A stretch of DNA of 64,000 bases, taken from the NCBI GenBank assembly GCA_002418285.1, contig DIDT01000057.1, positions 78,958 to 142,957 on the forward strand, read 5' to 3'. Below the pieces are notes generated by a model, which was given only the letters and a program-made list of their open reading frames with translations, did not search any database and was not told the DNA's origin. Shown here piece after piece: positions 9,027-18,689 of this stretch (the stretch's first letter is position 1; each line of letters opens with the position of its first letter). Both the position numbers and the translations under genes were made by a program. Source of the stretch: Phycisphaerales bacterium UBA5793 (lineage in GTDB: Bacteria > Planctomycetota > Phycisphaerae > Phycisphaerales > UBA5793).

Positions 9027-10616
9027 TCAGGGCACAATCCGCGTGGTGCGAAACGGCGTCTTGACGGAATCTGTGCCGCCGGGGCCGCGGCGGATCACAG
9101 CCTGAAGTACGACTTCCGTCAGCGGCGCACGGGGCGGCACGGTGAAGTGGAATTGCGCCACACCGTTTGAGTCGGCTCGTGCGGTGCCCAGGGTCTGAAT
9201 CGGGTCGTTCAGGTCGAGCGTGATGCCTCCGAGTTGGCGGATGCCGAGGCTGTTGCCGGCGCCGCGAACCGTGTAGAGAAATGCCACCGTCTCGCCTGGT
9301 TGAGCGTTGCTGACTTCCATCGTCGCCGGTTGGCCGCGCCGGAAGCTTGAGTGTTCGAGCACCGGACCCGAGTAGGGAGTGATGTTGTGATAGAGCGAAA
9401 GCCCGTTGTACCGACCGATCGCGAGGTCGATCTGCCCATCACCATCTACATCCGCCAATGTTGGCGGTGACGATGTGTAATCGAGATCGAGTTCTTCCAC
9501 GACAAACTCAAAGCCGCCCTGGGAGTGGAGCAAGTGGTCGGGGTTTGAACTCGCGCGAACGACCATGTCGAGCAAGCCGTCGGTATCGAGATCCGCCATT
9601 ATGAACGATCCTGTGTGCCTAGCGAGACCGAACTGCGGACCCGATCGAATGCCGAACTCGACACCACGGTTGAGATTCTCGACAAACAAGATCTCAACGG
9701 GCTTGGATTCGTGGTAATTGACTGCGAGGATGGCGCCGTCAAGATCACCGTCACCATCCAGATCCCCCAACTGCACTTGAACCGGAAAACTGTCTCGATC
9801 GCTCCCCAATCCATAAGGCAGATCAATGATCGTGCCTGGCGATAACTCGCCAATACCGTTGTTGACAAACACCTGCATGGTGCTGCCGTAGATCTTCCAA
9901 CCTTCATAATCATCGAGTTCGCAATCTGCGGCGAGTACCACAGCATCTACGTCGCCATCGTCATCAAAGTCGCCAAGCACTACATCCGTCGCATGATTGA
10001 CGGAGAGTGGAATGGTTTGAGTTAATTCGAATTGACCATTGCCGGAGTTGGCGAACACTCGCACTTGGGACAAATTGCGAGGATAGTCGTACCCATCTAC
10101 CGCGATGAAGTCGGGCAGACCGTCGCCTGTCAAATCACCAGTGTCCAGCCCGCCGATAGCGCGATCACCCAGTTCAAGAGACTCAATGCGCGCGACCCAG
10201 CCGTCCCCCCTGTTGATCAACACCTGAAAGTCCCTCAGTTCACCCTCCGGTTGCTGAGGATTTGCATAATTCCTCATCCAGCACACGTCGGCGTGGCCAT
10301 CGCCGTCAAAGTCCCCTGGCTCTATTGCCCAAAGGCGATCGCCTGGTCGGTAGAGTGAACCCATGAGTTCAAGCTCACCATTTGCCTGATTCCGAAGAAA
10401 ATACAGTACTTCGATGCTGGAACAAGCGACGAGATCCCGCCAGCCGTCACCATCCAGATCAACGGCGGCTACTCCGCTGATAAACGTCGGCGTGGGCTGA
10501 AACAGCGTTTCTTCGAATTGGACTTGTGCGGGAGCGGATTGCCCGCCCACTCCTCCAACACCAATCGCAAAGATGGCGGGGCTCGCAACGGTCATCGATC
10601 TTGACCTAATACTCAT
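9027..10616 (-). CDS. secreted FG-GAP/VCBS repeat beta-propeller protein (paralogue 2)
   Basis: 529 aa. Motifs include 'DLDGDGWRDLV', 'DFDGDGHADV', 'GDFDDDGDVDAVV', 'GDLDGDGDLDGAI' and 'DVDGDGQIDLA'. The tail is 'QAVIRRGPGGTDSVKTPFRTTRIVP'. Confidence 0.75.
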   Translation of the reverse strand: MSIRSRSMTVASPAIFAIGVGGVGGQSAPAQVQFEETLFQPTPTFISGVAAVDLDGDGWRDLVACSSIEVLYFLRNQANGELELMGSLYRPGDRLWAIEPGDFDGDGHADVCWMRNYANPQQPEGELRDFQVLINRGDGWVARIESLELGDRAIGGLDTGDLTGDGLPDFIAVDGYDYPRNLSQVRVFANSGNGQFELTQTIPLSVNHATDVVLGDFDDDGDVDAVVLAADCELDDYEGWKIYGSTMQVFVNNGIGELSPGTIIDLPYGLGSDRDSFPVQVQLGDLDGDGDLDGAILAVNYHESKPVEILFVENLNRGVEFGIRSGPQFGLARHTGSFIMADLDTDGLLDMVVRASSNPDHLLHSQGGFEFVVEELDLDYTSSPPTLADVDGDGQIDLAIGRYNGLSLYHNITPYSGPVLEHSSFRRGQPATMEVSNAQPGETVAFLYTVRGAGNSLGIRQLGGITLDLNDPIQTLGTARADSNGVAQFHFTVPPRAPLTEVVLQAVIRRGPGGTDSVKTPFRTTRIVP

Positions 10617-10650
10617 GGTACAGGCTCCAAAGCACGGTTGCGGGTGGTGG

Positions 10651-12228
10651 CTATGGTTCGATCACGAACGACAGAAACGGCGTCTTGACCGACTCGGCGC
10701 CGCGCGCTCCCCGCCGGATGACCGCCTGAACGGTCACTGGATCCGATGGCGCATTCTGCGGAATCTGCACATGCAGCACGGCGCGACCGCTCGGACCTGC
10801 AACTGCGCTGCCCGCCACGACGACAGGATCCTGCAGATCGAGCGTCAGTCCCCCCAGCACCGGCACCCCAAGTGAGGGCCCGGCGACCTCAGTGCTGAAG
10901 AGGAAGTATGCACGCTCGCCGGGCTCGGCGTTGCCAACCGCGAATGCGGCCTCTCGTCCGCGCCTCACTTGCGTATGCGCCAGTGTGGGGCCGCGGAGTG
11001 TGGTTGTGTTCGGCAGCACGACTAATCCACCATCACTGCCAGATCCGCCCTGGATCAAGTCGATCTGCCCATCGCCACTTAAATCTGCCGTTCTAGCGGA
11101 GGAACCCCGAATGCCACTGTGGAACGGTGTCATTCCCACGAATGCAAAGTCGCCTTCATTGCGCACGACGTATACCCCAAACGTGGTGGCATTGACAAAC
11201 ACGAGATCGAGTCGCCCATCGGTGTTAACGTCCGCTGGCATCACGTCCCCGGCGCTTTCGAAAACGGCTCGGTATCGCGCGCCGATCGACAGCGAGCGGT
11301 TTCCATCATTGCGGGCGATGAGCAGTTCGTTCGGCGAGACGAAGTTCAGAGAAGACGCATGAATAACAACATCCAGGTCTCCGTCACCGTCAAAGTCCCC
11401 CAAGGCCATCGCCCTTGCAATCATGCTCTCCGGTGTCCACGGCAGTTCAAGTTGCCACGCAAGTCGGAGCGACGCCCCATCCTCGTTGTTGAGCAGAATC
11501 AACTGCGAGTCTTCCACATCGTATTCGATGTACTGCATGGTTGCGGTGACATCGACGTCACCATCGCCGTCGACATCGCCCACGGACATTGCTCGCACCT
11601 TGTGGAATGTGCGTCCGTAGGTGTACAGTTCCTGTTCCTCGAATAGCCGATTCCCGCGATTGAAGACCGCGCTGATCGTCCGGTAGTCGCTGAAGTAGAG
11701 AATGTCGGTTCGACCGTCGAGGTTGAAGTCCGAGAGCGCGATGTCCGATCGAAGCGCCCCGGGCAGTGGAATTCGAATCGTCTCACCGGATCGGCCATCC
11801 CCATCGTTGTACCAGATCGTGAGAGCCCGCGTGCGATCCAGCAGGTACTCGCCCCAAACTGCATCCGCATCGCCATCCTGGTCCATGTCCGCGACGGCGA
11901 TCGATGTGACCGAGTTCTCAAAGGGGATCGCCAGAGTTCGCGTCAATGATCCAGAGCCATCATTGAGGTAGAGATCAACAGACTCCGTGCCAATCACGAT
12001 GAGATCCTGGCTCGCGTCACGATCAAAGTCAGCCGTCGCGATGCCGCTGATGCCGCCGCTCTCGGGATAGGTGTCTGGCTCACCGAAGTGAATCAGTTGC
12101 GCGAAGGCGCTGGCGCCGAAGGCAGTGGACCCAAGTCCGAAGGTCGCCAGACGACCTGCCGTCACACTACGACGTGTGTCCAAACCATGCTTCGGATGAC
12201 GCATGCTTCGCCTCCTCCTCTGCTGCAT
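10651..12228 (-). CDS. secreted FG-GAP/VCBS repeat beta-propeller protein (paralogue 3)
   Basis: 525 aa. Motifs include 'DMDQDGDADAV', 'GDVDGDGDVDVT', 'GDFDGDGDLDVVI' and 'DLSGDGQIDLI'. The tail is 'QAVIRRGARGAESVKTPFLSFVIEP'. Confidence 0.75.
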   Translation of the reverse strand: MQQRRRRSMRHPKHGLDTRRSVTAGRLATFGLGSTAFGASAFAQLIHFGEPDTYPESGGISGIATADFDRDASQDLIVIGTESVDLYLNDGSGSLTRTLAIPFENSVTSIAVADMDQDGDADAVWGEYLLDRTRALTIWYNDGDGRSGETIRIPLPGALRSDIALSDFNLDGRTDILYFSDYRTISAVFNRGNRLFEEQELYTYGRTFHKVRAMSVGDVDGDGDVDVTATMQYIEYDVEDSQLILLNNEDGASLRLAWQLELPWTPESMIARAMALGDFDGDGDLDVVIHASSLNFVSPNELLIARNDGNRSLSIGARYRAVFESAGDVMPADVNTDGRLDLVFVNATTFGVYVVRNEGDFAFVGMTPFHSGIRGSSARTADLSGDGQIDLIQGGSGSDGGLVVLPNTTTLRGPTLAHTQVRRGREAAFAVGNAEPGERAYFLFSTEVAGPSLGVPVLGGLTLDLQDPVVVAGSAVAGPSGRAVLHVQIPQNAPSDPVTVQAVIRRGARGAESVKTPFLSFVIEP

Positions 12229-12412
12229 GGTACCAAATCACGGAATGAGGCTTCGCAGGAAAGCTACCCCCATTTCAAGAAAAGCTGACAGTATTAACGG
12301 CCGACAGGCGGCTCCCGGGTTCGTGAATAAGTTTTATCTGAACTCACCGCCAGCACCTTCCGCACACGCCCGTACCGCGTCGAATGTTTTGCCCTCTCCT
12401 CTGGACACTGCT

Positions 12413-13318
12413 CTACCCCACCCTCCGCATCATCACATCCCGCCGATGCATCGCCGGGCCTGCCTTTGCGGCCAACCGGTGCGTGTCCTGCTGCCGCTCG
12501 TTTGCGAGGAATCGAATGCGATCGAATCCTCGTCGGGCTGCGGCCTGCGCTGCTTCCTGCATGATCGCCACGTTCACCCAGCTCCGACGGTGCCGCGGAG
12601 CCACGATCTTGCTCTCCACCGATAAGCGCTGATACCGATCGACCTGCGCCAGCAGAACACCGCACACGTGATTGTCGAGCATCGCCACGCGACTCAGTTC
12701 CGGATCGAATGGGAAATAGCCCTTGCCGCGCAGCCGTGTTTCCAATCGACCTGCGTCGCCGCCGATGTGTTCGATCTGAAGCTGGATGACTTCACCAATC
12801 GGCGACTCCGCGAGAGGAATGATACGTGCCTTGATCGGTACGTGGCCGCGCACCGTCAGCGCATCGTACAGCGGCGTCAACAACTCCAAATACGCAGCGA
12901 GTTGGACCTGGTAGTGCGCGAGCTTGGGGTTCGGCTCAAAGCCCAGCGCCCGCCACTGTTGCCACGCATTACCTCCCTGCTCGGCGCTATCGCCGGCGTA
13001 GAGCGCCATTAGCCCAGCAGCGCGAGTCTCACTCTCAATCGTGCGCACCAAGGCTGACTGGATCACCACCGAATCGGCTCCATCACCCACAAATAGTCGC
13101 AGCGCCCGGCCCGTGATGCGAAATGGCACGGGATACAAGTCCAGCGCCGCCGCCCCGCGCAACGCCCCGCCGCGTGCATCGCGCACCACCCAGATGTCCT
13201 GCGGTTCGGGAAGCACCTCGATCGCTGGCCATTGCTGCACCGCCTCAGCTCGCTGTTCGGCGGTCGCTGATTCGACAAGCAGATTCGCGTCTTGCGGCGC
13301 AGTATCGCCCTGAGCCAT
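12413..13318 (-). CDS. GNAT-like acetyltransferase (tentative)
   Basis: 301-aa ORF. The C-terminal half has the acetyl-CoA-pocket-like stretch 'VAPRHRRSWVNVAIMQEAAQAAARRGFDRIRF'. This is a weak by-eye call. Confidence 0.4.
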   Translation of the reverse strand: MAQGDTAPQDANLLVESATAEQRAEAVQQWPAIEVLPEPQDIWVVRDARGGALRGAAALDLYPVPFRITGRALRLFVGDGADSVVIQSALVRTIESETRAAGLMALYAGDSAEQGGNAWQQWRALGFEPNPKLAHYQVQLAAYLELLTPLYDALTVRGHVPIKARIIPLAESPIGEVIQLQIEHIGGDAGRLETRLRGKGYFPFDPELSRVAMLDNHVCGVLLAQVDRYQRLSVESKIVAPRHRRSWVNVAIMQEAAQAAARRGFDRIRFLANERQQDTHRLAAKAGPAMHRRDVMMRRVG

Positions 13319-13362
13319 GGTTTGGAATCGTACGCGCGACCCCAGCCGCCGCGCGCGAGGTC

Positions 13363-14028
13363 TTACGGCTCGACGATACCTTCGCGGATCGCGTAACGGG
13401 TTAGTTCAACGCGGTCGTCGATGTCGAGTTTGCGCATGAGGCTGGTGCGATGGGCGTCGATCGTCTTGGGGCTGCGATGCAGGACGCCGGCGATCTCCTT
13501 CGTGCTCAGCCCTTTGGCGATGAGGCGCATCACCTCGAGCTCGCGTGGCGTGAGGGTGCTGATGGGTGTGGTGGATTCAGTCGTGCGCTTGCGGATGTTG
13601 CCCCCGCTGAATTCGAACCGCTCCATCACCTCAGCCGGGAAAGCCAGATCGCCCTGCAGCACTTTGCGCACACCTTTGAGAATCACGTCAAAGGGATCAT
13701 TCTTGGAAAGGTAGCCCCAGGCGCCGCTTTGTACGGCCGCATCCATGTAACCATCGCGAACATAGGCGGAGAGCATCACGATGCGAATCTCGGGAAACAG
13801 GCGCCGCAAATCGGCGATCATCGTAAACGGATCGGCGCCGGGCATGTCGATATCCATCAGCACCAGTTGCGGGTGATGCTTCTCGCAGACCTGAATCAGG
13901 TCGTCAGCCGAGGGCAGCTCGGCGAGCACGGTGAGATCCGGCTCGACCTCAATGCGCGAGCGAATCCCCTCCCGGGCAATCTCATGGTCATCAACGACTA
14001 CGATACCGACCTTATGCGCTGCGCTCAT
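13363..14028 (-). CDS. NarL/LuxR-family response regulator
   Basis: 221 aa. Receiver domain 'IVVVDDHEIAREG...LVLMDIDMPG' plus LuxR HTH 'LTPRELEVMRLIAKGLSTKEIAGVLHRSPKTIDAHRTSLMRKL'. There is a 4-nt overlap with the kinase gene. Confidence 0.85.
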   Translation of the reverse strand: MSAAHKVGIVVVDDHEIAREGIRSRIEVEPDLTVLAELPSADDLIQVCEKHHPQLVLMDIDMPGADPFTMIADLRRLFPEIRIVMLSAYVRDGYMDAAVQSGAWGYLSKNDPFDVILKGVRKVLQGDLAFPAEVMERFEFSGGNIRKRTTESTTPISTLTPRELEVMRLIAKGLSTKEIAGVLHRSPKTIDAHRTSLMRKLDIDDRVELTRYAIREGIVEP

Positions 14029-16409
14029 TCGTCAGGACCCCTGGAGACCAGTTGTTGGGCCGCGACAGACTCGACAATCTTGCGAAATGTCGAGGCGTCC
14101 ACCGAGCCCGCAAGCCACAGTATAGCCGCTGGCCAGCCGATTCGGTCATCCGCCGGCCCCAGTGCGGCCACCACCAGATCCGTCCGCGTTCGCAGGATCT
14201 GCTCCACCGCGGCAGGTTCGGCCAGGTCCGGATCAATGATCCATGCCACTTCGCTTGCCTCCGGCTCCCCGTGAGCATCCACCCGGGCTGTCAGACCGGC
14301 GTTGGCCAGACCCGTTCGCACAAATGCGGCTATGCGCGGATCGCGCAGGCCCACGAGCACTTGACCGATCGTCGCCGGAGTGCGGCTCGAAGCCGGACCG
14401 GACCGGCCAATCGATACCCCGCATGGCGCATCCACAGCCGGCACATCGACATTGATTGACGTCCCCTTTCCCAGACGGCTGCGAATCTGCACTTGCCCGC
14501 CTGCCGACCTCACAATGCTGCCAACCAGCGCCAGCCCCAGCCCGGTCGATTTGCCGCGCGCCTTGGTCGAGAAGAATGGATCGAACGCCCGTTGCAGGAC
14601 CGATTCATCCATCCCACAGCCTTCATCCGTTACCGTGAAGCGCACGCCCGGCAGGTTCGCGCGATCGACGCCCTCGTACTCACCGGGGCTCGATGCGGCA
14701 CTGAGCGGTTCGACGGCCACTGCCCAACCCGGCGGGCTGTGATCGACCTTGAGCGTGATCGTCCCGCCGCCGGTCATCGCATCGCGCGCGTTGAGAAAGA
14801 GGTTCAGGATGGCCTGCTTGAGCAGGTCGCCATCGATTTTGGCGCGACTCGGCGGGTCGCGCATGTCCAGCCGCACTTTGATTTCCGGTTCACCTTCGGG
14901 CGCGCGGATCGCGTCCTGGTAGAACGGGATCGCCTGTTCGACCCAACTGCGCACGTCCGTGGCCGTCGTCGACAGCGCCGAAACTTGCGAATTCTCGTGG
15001 CGTGTCCACATGAGCAGCTTCTTTGTCAGTTCGGCGATGTGATCCGTCGCACGGCGAATTGAGGCGACTCGCGCTTCGACCTTTGCCGGATCCGGATCGC
15101 GCTCGAGCACATCCAGCCCCGCGCGGATGGGTAGCAGCAGGTTGTTCAGATCGTGCGCCAAGCCGCCGGCAAACGTGCCGAGGATCGCCAAACGTTCGCG
15201 CTCGCGCAGGCGCTGCTGCATATCGCGCAGGGCGGTGATGTCGCGCGCCACGCCATGGAAACCCATAACTTCGCCGTTGGCGACGACCGGGTACTCCATG
15301 ATCTCACAGAGGACCGGCTCACCCGATTTGCGGCGCAGCACGACTTCGTACTGCGGCTGGCGACGCTTTGATTCGATCGCCGCCGCAACGCTCTCGCGCG
15401 CCCGCGCCAAGTCGGACGCAACATGATCGGGGTGAAACTCGCCGAATCGATGCCCAAGCAATTCGCTGGCGTTGTACCCGAGCATGCGTTCGACGGATGG
15501 ACTCACATAGGTCAGACGCCGATCGACATCATGCTCATAGAAGATAAAATCTGACACACCTTCGATGAGTTCGCGAAATCGCCGCTCGCTCTGGCGGAGT
15601 TCTTCCTCAGCCGTCTTCTGACGCGTGATGTCGATCACCACGCCGGCCAGTTGCGGCTCCATGCCGGCAACAGCCGGGAGCGGGCCAGCCGTGTCGCGCA
15701 CCCAGCGCACCGAGCCATCAGGCTTGAGGTAGCGGTAATCAATGTCGTAGTGATGTTGCCCGGCAATCGCTCGCGTGATCGTCTGTCGCACCAGCGCACG
15801 GTCATCAGGATGCACGTGCCGCTCCCAGTCGCTGCTGGGGCCGATGAACGACTCCGCCTCCTGGCCTGAGACGTTGCGAATGCTGCGACTCACCTGCGTG
15901 GTCATTCCTGTGGCGCAGTTAATGATGTACAGCGCGACCGGAGCGTTGACCACCAGCGAGGCAAGACGTTCACGCTCGGCCTGCAGTTGATCCAGAATCC
16001 GCCGTTCACTCGTGACGTCGCGAAAGGTGTAGAGCCGCTCACCGCCGCGCGCCGCCTGGGTGCGGCCGATGATGAACCGCCCGCTGAGCAGTTCGAGTTC
16101 CATCTCGCGCCCGCCGGGCGCCTCGTGCCGCTTGAGTACGCGATTGATGTGCTCGCCGCGATCTGGATTGCGGTTGCGCTGCCGCTCGTAGATCGCCTGG
16201 GCGACAGCCTCGACGGTCGGTTCGGAGTTCACCCAAGCCGGCTCAAAGCCGAAAATTTCGACGAAGCGGTGATTGAAGGCGATCACCCTCGATTCCCGGG
16301 CCGAAAAGAGGCAGAATCCCTCGTCAGCGGTATCGAGGATGAGCCGTTCGAGCTCAGCGCTGACCGCTTCGGGCCTCAGCGATGGATCGTGATGTGAAGC
16401 GCCCTGCAT
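14025..16409 (-). CDS. PAS-domain sensor histidine kinase with C-terminal extension
   Basis: 794 aa with several PAS-like segments. H-box 'GGLAHDLNNLLLPI', N-box 'LNLFLNARDAM', G-boxes 'DEGCGMD' and 'GLGLALV'. About 150 residues follow the ATPase domain. Confidence 0.85.
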   Translation of the reverse strand: MQGASHHDPSLRPEAVSAELERLILDTADEGFCLFSARESRVIAFNHRFVEIFGFEPAWVNSEPTVEAVAQAIYERQRNRNPDRGEHINRVLKRHEAPGGREMELELLSGRFIIGRTQAARGGERLYTFRDVTSERRILDQLQAERERLASLVVNAPVALYIINCATGMTTQVSRSIRNVSGQEAESFIGPSSDWERHVHPDDRALVRQTITRAIAGQHHYDIDYRYLKPDGSVRWVRDTAGPLPAVAGMEPQLAGVVIDITRQKTAEEELRQSERRFRELIEGVSDFIFYEHDVDRRLTYVSPSVERMLGYNASELLGHRFGEFHPDHVASDLARARESVAAAIESKRRQPQYEVVLRRKSGEPVLCEIMEYPVVANGEVMGFHGVARDITALRDMQQRLRERERLAILGTFAGGLAHDLNNLLLPIRAGLDVLERDPDPAKVEARVASIRRATDHIAELTKKLLMWTRHENSQVSALSTTATDVRSWVEQAIPFYQDAIRAPEGEPEIKVRLDMRDPPSRAKIDGDLLKQAILNLFLNARDAMTGGGTITLKVDHSPPGWAVAVEPLSAASSPGEYEGVDRANLPGVRFTVTDEGCGMDESVLQRAFDPFFSTKARGKSTGLGLALVGSIVRSAGGQVQIRSRLGKGTSINVDVPAVDAPCGVSIGRSGPASSRTPATIGQVLVGLRDPRIAAFVRTGLANAGLTARVDAHGEPEASEVAWIIDPDLAEPAAVEQILRTRTDLVVAALGPADDRIGWPAAILWLAGSVDASTFRKIVESVAAQQLVSRGPDE

Positions 16410-16553
16410 TCAACGGGGATGATAGGGCGATCAGTCCGAAATCCGTAAATCCGCCAGCGGGAACGCAATGCGGGATCACGTGCACCATCCCGACCATGAT
16501 ATCCTTATGTATCCGCCCGGATCGGCAACCGATCGAACCAGAAGCGAGAGGAC

Positions 16554-17039
16554 ATGAGCGGTGGCAGCGCTGAGATCGATCAACTCAAGCGCCAAATCGG
16601 CGCAGCGCTGAATGACATCGATCGTCGGGCGGGCAAGCTTACATTCGACGAGTTCCAAGCGGCGTATGACAGCGTCCTTGCCGAATACACTCCCAAAGCG
16701 CGCGAAATTGGAATCGAGTCCTACCTGGAAAACCTGGTTGCCAGCCGCGCTTGTGGGATGGCATTCCTGTACTGGGACCAGCCCTACAGCCTGGTCAAGC
16801 CTCTCCATAATCGGCTGGCGCTGATACCGCCGCACGCCGCCGATCGTCACGTGATCTTGAAGTGGCCACTGTGGTGCCGGTATCTCATTCACACTGGACA
16901 CTTGATCGAAGCACGAAGCGTCTTCAGTGAATTCAAAGCGTTCGCAGAAGGTCCTGATGGTCGTCACTGGCACTGGGCGCCGGACTGGGTGCAAACACTT
17001 CAACAAATGCTGGATGCGACCGGCATCGAACCAGACTAA
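16554..17039 (+). CDS. hypothetical protein
   Basis: 161-aa ORF with protein-like composition. Preferred over the overlapping minus-strand ORF 16476..17093, which would run into the purH 3' end. No family recognised. Confidence 0.4.
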   Translation: MSGGSAEIDQLKRQIGAALNDIDRRAGKLTFDEFQAAYDSVLAEYTPKAREIGIESYLENLVASRACGMAFLYWDQPYSLVKPLHNRLALIPPHAADRHVILKWPLWCRYLIHTGHLIEARSVFSEFKAFAEGPDGRHWHWAPDWVQTLQQMLDATGIEPD

Positions 17040-18601
17040 TGGCGAAAATGCCTCACTCCCGTGAGCAGACATGTCACTCCGTGCCTGCTGCATACTTCGA
17101 GGGTGTCCTGATCACGCTTGGAGCCGCCGGGGTGGACGATGCACTTGACACCGGCATCGATCAGAATCTGTGGTCCGTCCGGGAAGGGGAAGAACGCATC
17201 GGATGCCGCGATCGCGCCTTTGGCCCGCCCGCCCGCTTTCTCGACCGCCAGGCGACATGACGCCAGACGATCCATCTGTCCGGCGCCCGCGCCGTACAGA
17301 CGACGTTGGCCGCCCACCGCAATGGCGTTGCTCTTGAGGTGTTTGGCGATGATCCACACGACCGCCGCATCGGCCAGAAGCTCCGGCGTTGGAGCCGGAC
17401 CGGCGGCGTGCTGCCAGGTTTCGGGCTGCGCTTTGCGCCGATCCTGATCCTGCACCAGCAGGCCGCCGGGGATGGACCGCATCTCAATCTTGCGATCCGT
17501 CGTGGGGACATGATCGCCTACCGCGAGCAATCTGACGTTGGCCCACCGCTGTGCGATCAGTTCACGCGCCGCCGGCTCATATGAGGGCGCGATGATCACC
17601 TCGAAGAACTTGCTGCCCTCGACGATACGCCGCGCCGCGGCTTCATCGACGGACTGGTTGAATGCGACGATCCCGCCATAGGCTGCCAGCGGATCGCCTT
17701 CATACGCTGCGAGGAACGCATCGGCGACATTGCCCGCCACGGCCGCACCGCAGGGGTTGGCATGTTTGATCACGGCAGCCGCCGGTTGACTGAACTCACG
17801 CACAAGCAGCAGCGCCGCCGCCGCGTCGCCGACATTGTTGTAACTCAGCGCCTTGCCGTGAAGCAGGTCGGCATTAACAATGCTCGGCCCGTAGGACGCA
17901 GGGTCGCGATAGAGCGCTGCCTGCTGGTGTGGGTTCTCGCCGTAACGCAGATCCATCGCCTTGGTGAAACTGATACGCAACTGATCCGGGAACGTCCCGA
18001 CCTGTCGCCGGTTCATCCATGCGGCAATCATCGCGTCATACTCAGCCGTGCGACTGAACGCCGCCGCCGCGAGATCCGCTCGCATCTGTTTGGTCGTCGC
18101 GCCCTCGTGAGTTTCCAGTTCGTTCGCCACGCGGTCGTACTGATTGGGCGCGGTGATCACCGTGACAAACTCGTGATTCTTCGCGGCGGAGCGCAACATC
18201 GCCGGTCCGCCGATATCGATGTTTTCGATCGCCTCTTCAAAGGTCACGCCTTCGCGGCGGATCGTCTTGGCGAAGGGATAGAGGTTGATGCACACGAGGT
18301 CGATCGGCTCGATACCGTGTTCTTTCATCGCCTGCACATGCGATTCGTGATCGCGCCGGGCCAGCAAGGCGCCGTGAACGGCCGGATGCAGCGTCTTGAC
18401 GCGACCATCCATGATCTCGGGAAAACCCGTGATATCAGCAACCGTGGTGACATCGATCCCCGCTTCGGCGAGCACTTTCGCAGTGCCACCGGTGGAGATA
18501 ATCTGCACGCCACGCCGCGCCAGCACGCGTGCAAAAGGAACGAGATCAGTCTTGTCGCTTACGGAAATGAGGGCCCGGCGAATGGGTACCTGGTCAGTCA
18601 T
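17036..18601 (-). CDS. purH: bifunctional AICAR transformylase / IMP cyclohydrolase
   Basis: Start set at the internal ATG (cat 18599-18601), giving 'MTDQVPIRRALISVSDKTDLVPFARVL...IISTGGTAKVL'. Full-length PurH layout ending in 'LTGVRHFRH'. Confidence 0.9.
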   Translation of the reverse strand: MTDQVPIRRALISVSDKTDLVPFARVLARRGVQIISTGGTAKVLAEAGIDVTTVADITGFPEIMDGRVKTLHPAVHGALLARRDHESHVQAMKEHGIEPIDLVCINLYPFAKTIRREGVTFEEAIENIDIGGPAMLRSAAKNHEFVTVITAPNQYDRVANELETHEGATTKQMRADLAAAAFSRTAEYDAMIAAWMNRRQVGTFPDQLRISFTKAMDLRYGENPHQQAALYRDPASYGPSIVNADLLHGKALSYNNVGDAAAALLLVREFSQPAAAVIKHANPCGAAVAGNVADAFLAAYEGDPLAAYGGIVAFNQSVDEAAARRIVEGSKFFEVIIAPSYEPAARELIAQRWANVRLLAVGDHVPTTDRKIEMRSIPGGLLVQDQDRRKAQPETWQHAAGPAPTPELLADAAVVWIIAKHLKSNAIAVGGQRRLYGAGAGQMDRLASCRLAVEKAGGRAKGAIAASDAFFPFPDGPQILIDAGVKCIVHPGGSKRDQDTLEVCSRHGVTCLLTGVRHFRH

Positions 18602-18689
18602 GCCCCCATGATAGACCGCGACCTCGCCGCACCACTGCACGGAGCAGACCGTGTTTTCCCGACTTTTGCCACCTCAAGCACCCGACCGG

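Noticed and set aside
16476-17093. 205-aa minus-strand ORF
   Set aside because: Every possible start lies inside the 3' end of purH. The opposite-strand 161-aa ORF has more protein-like composition. Confidence in either is low.
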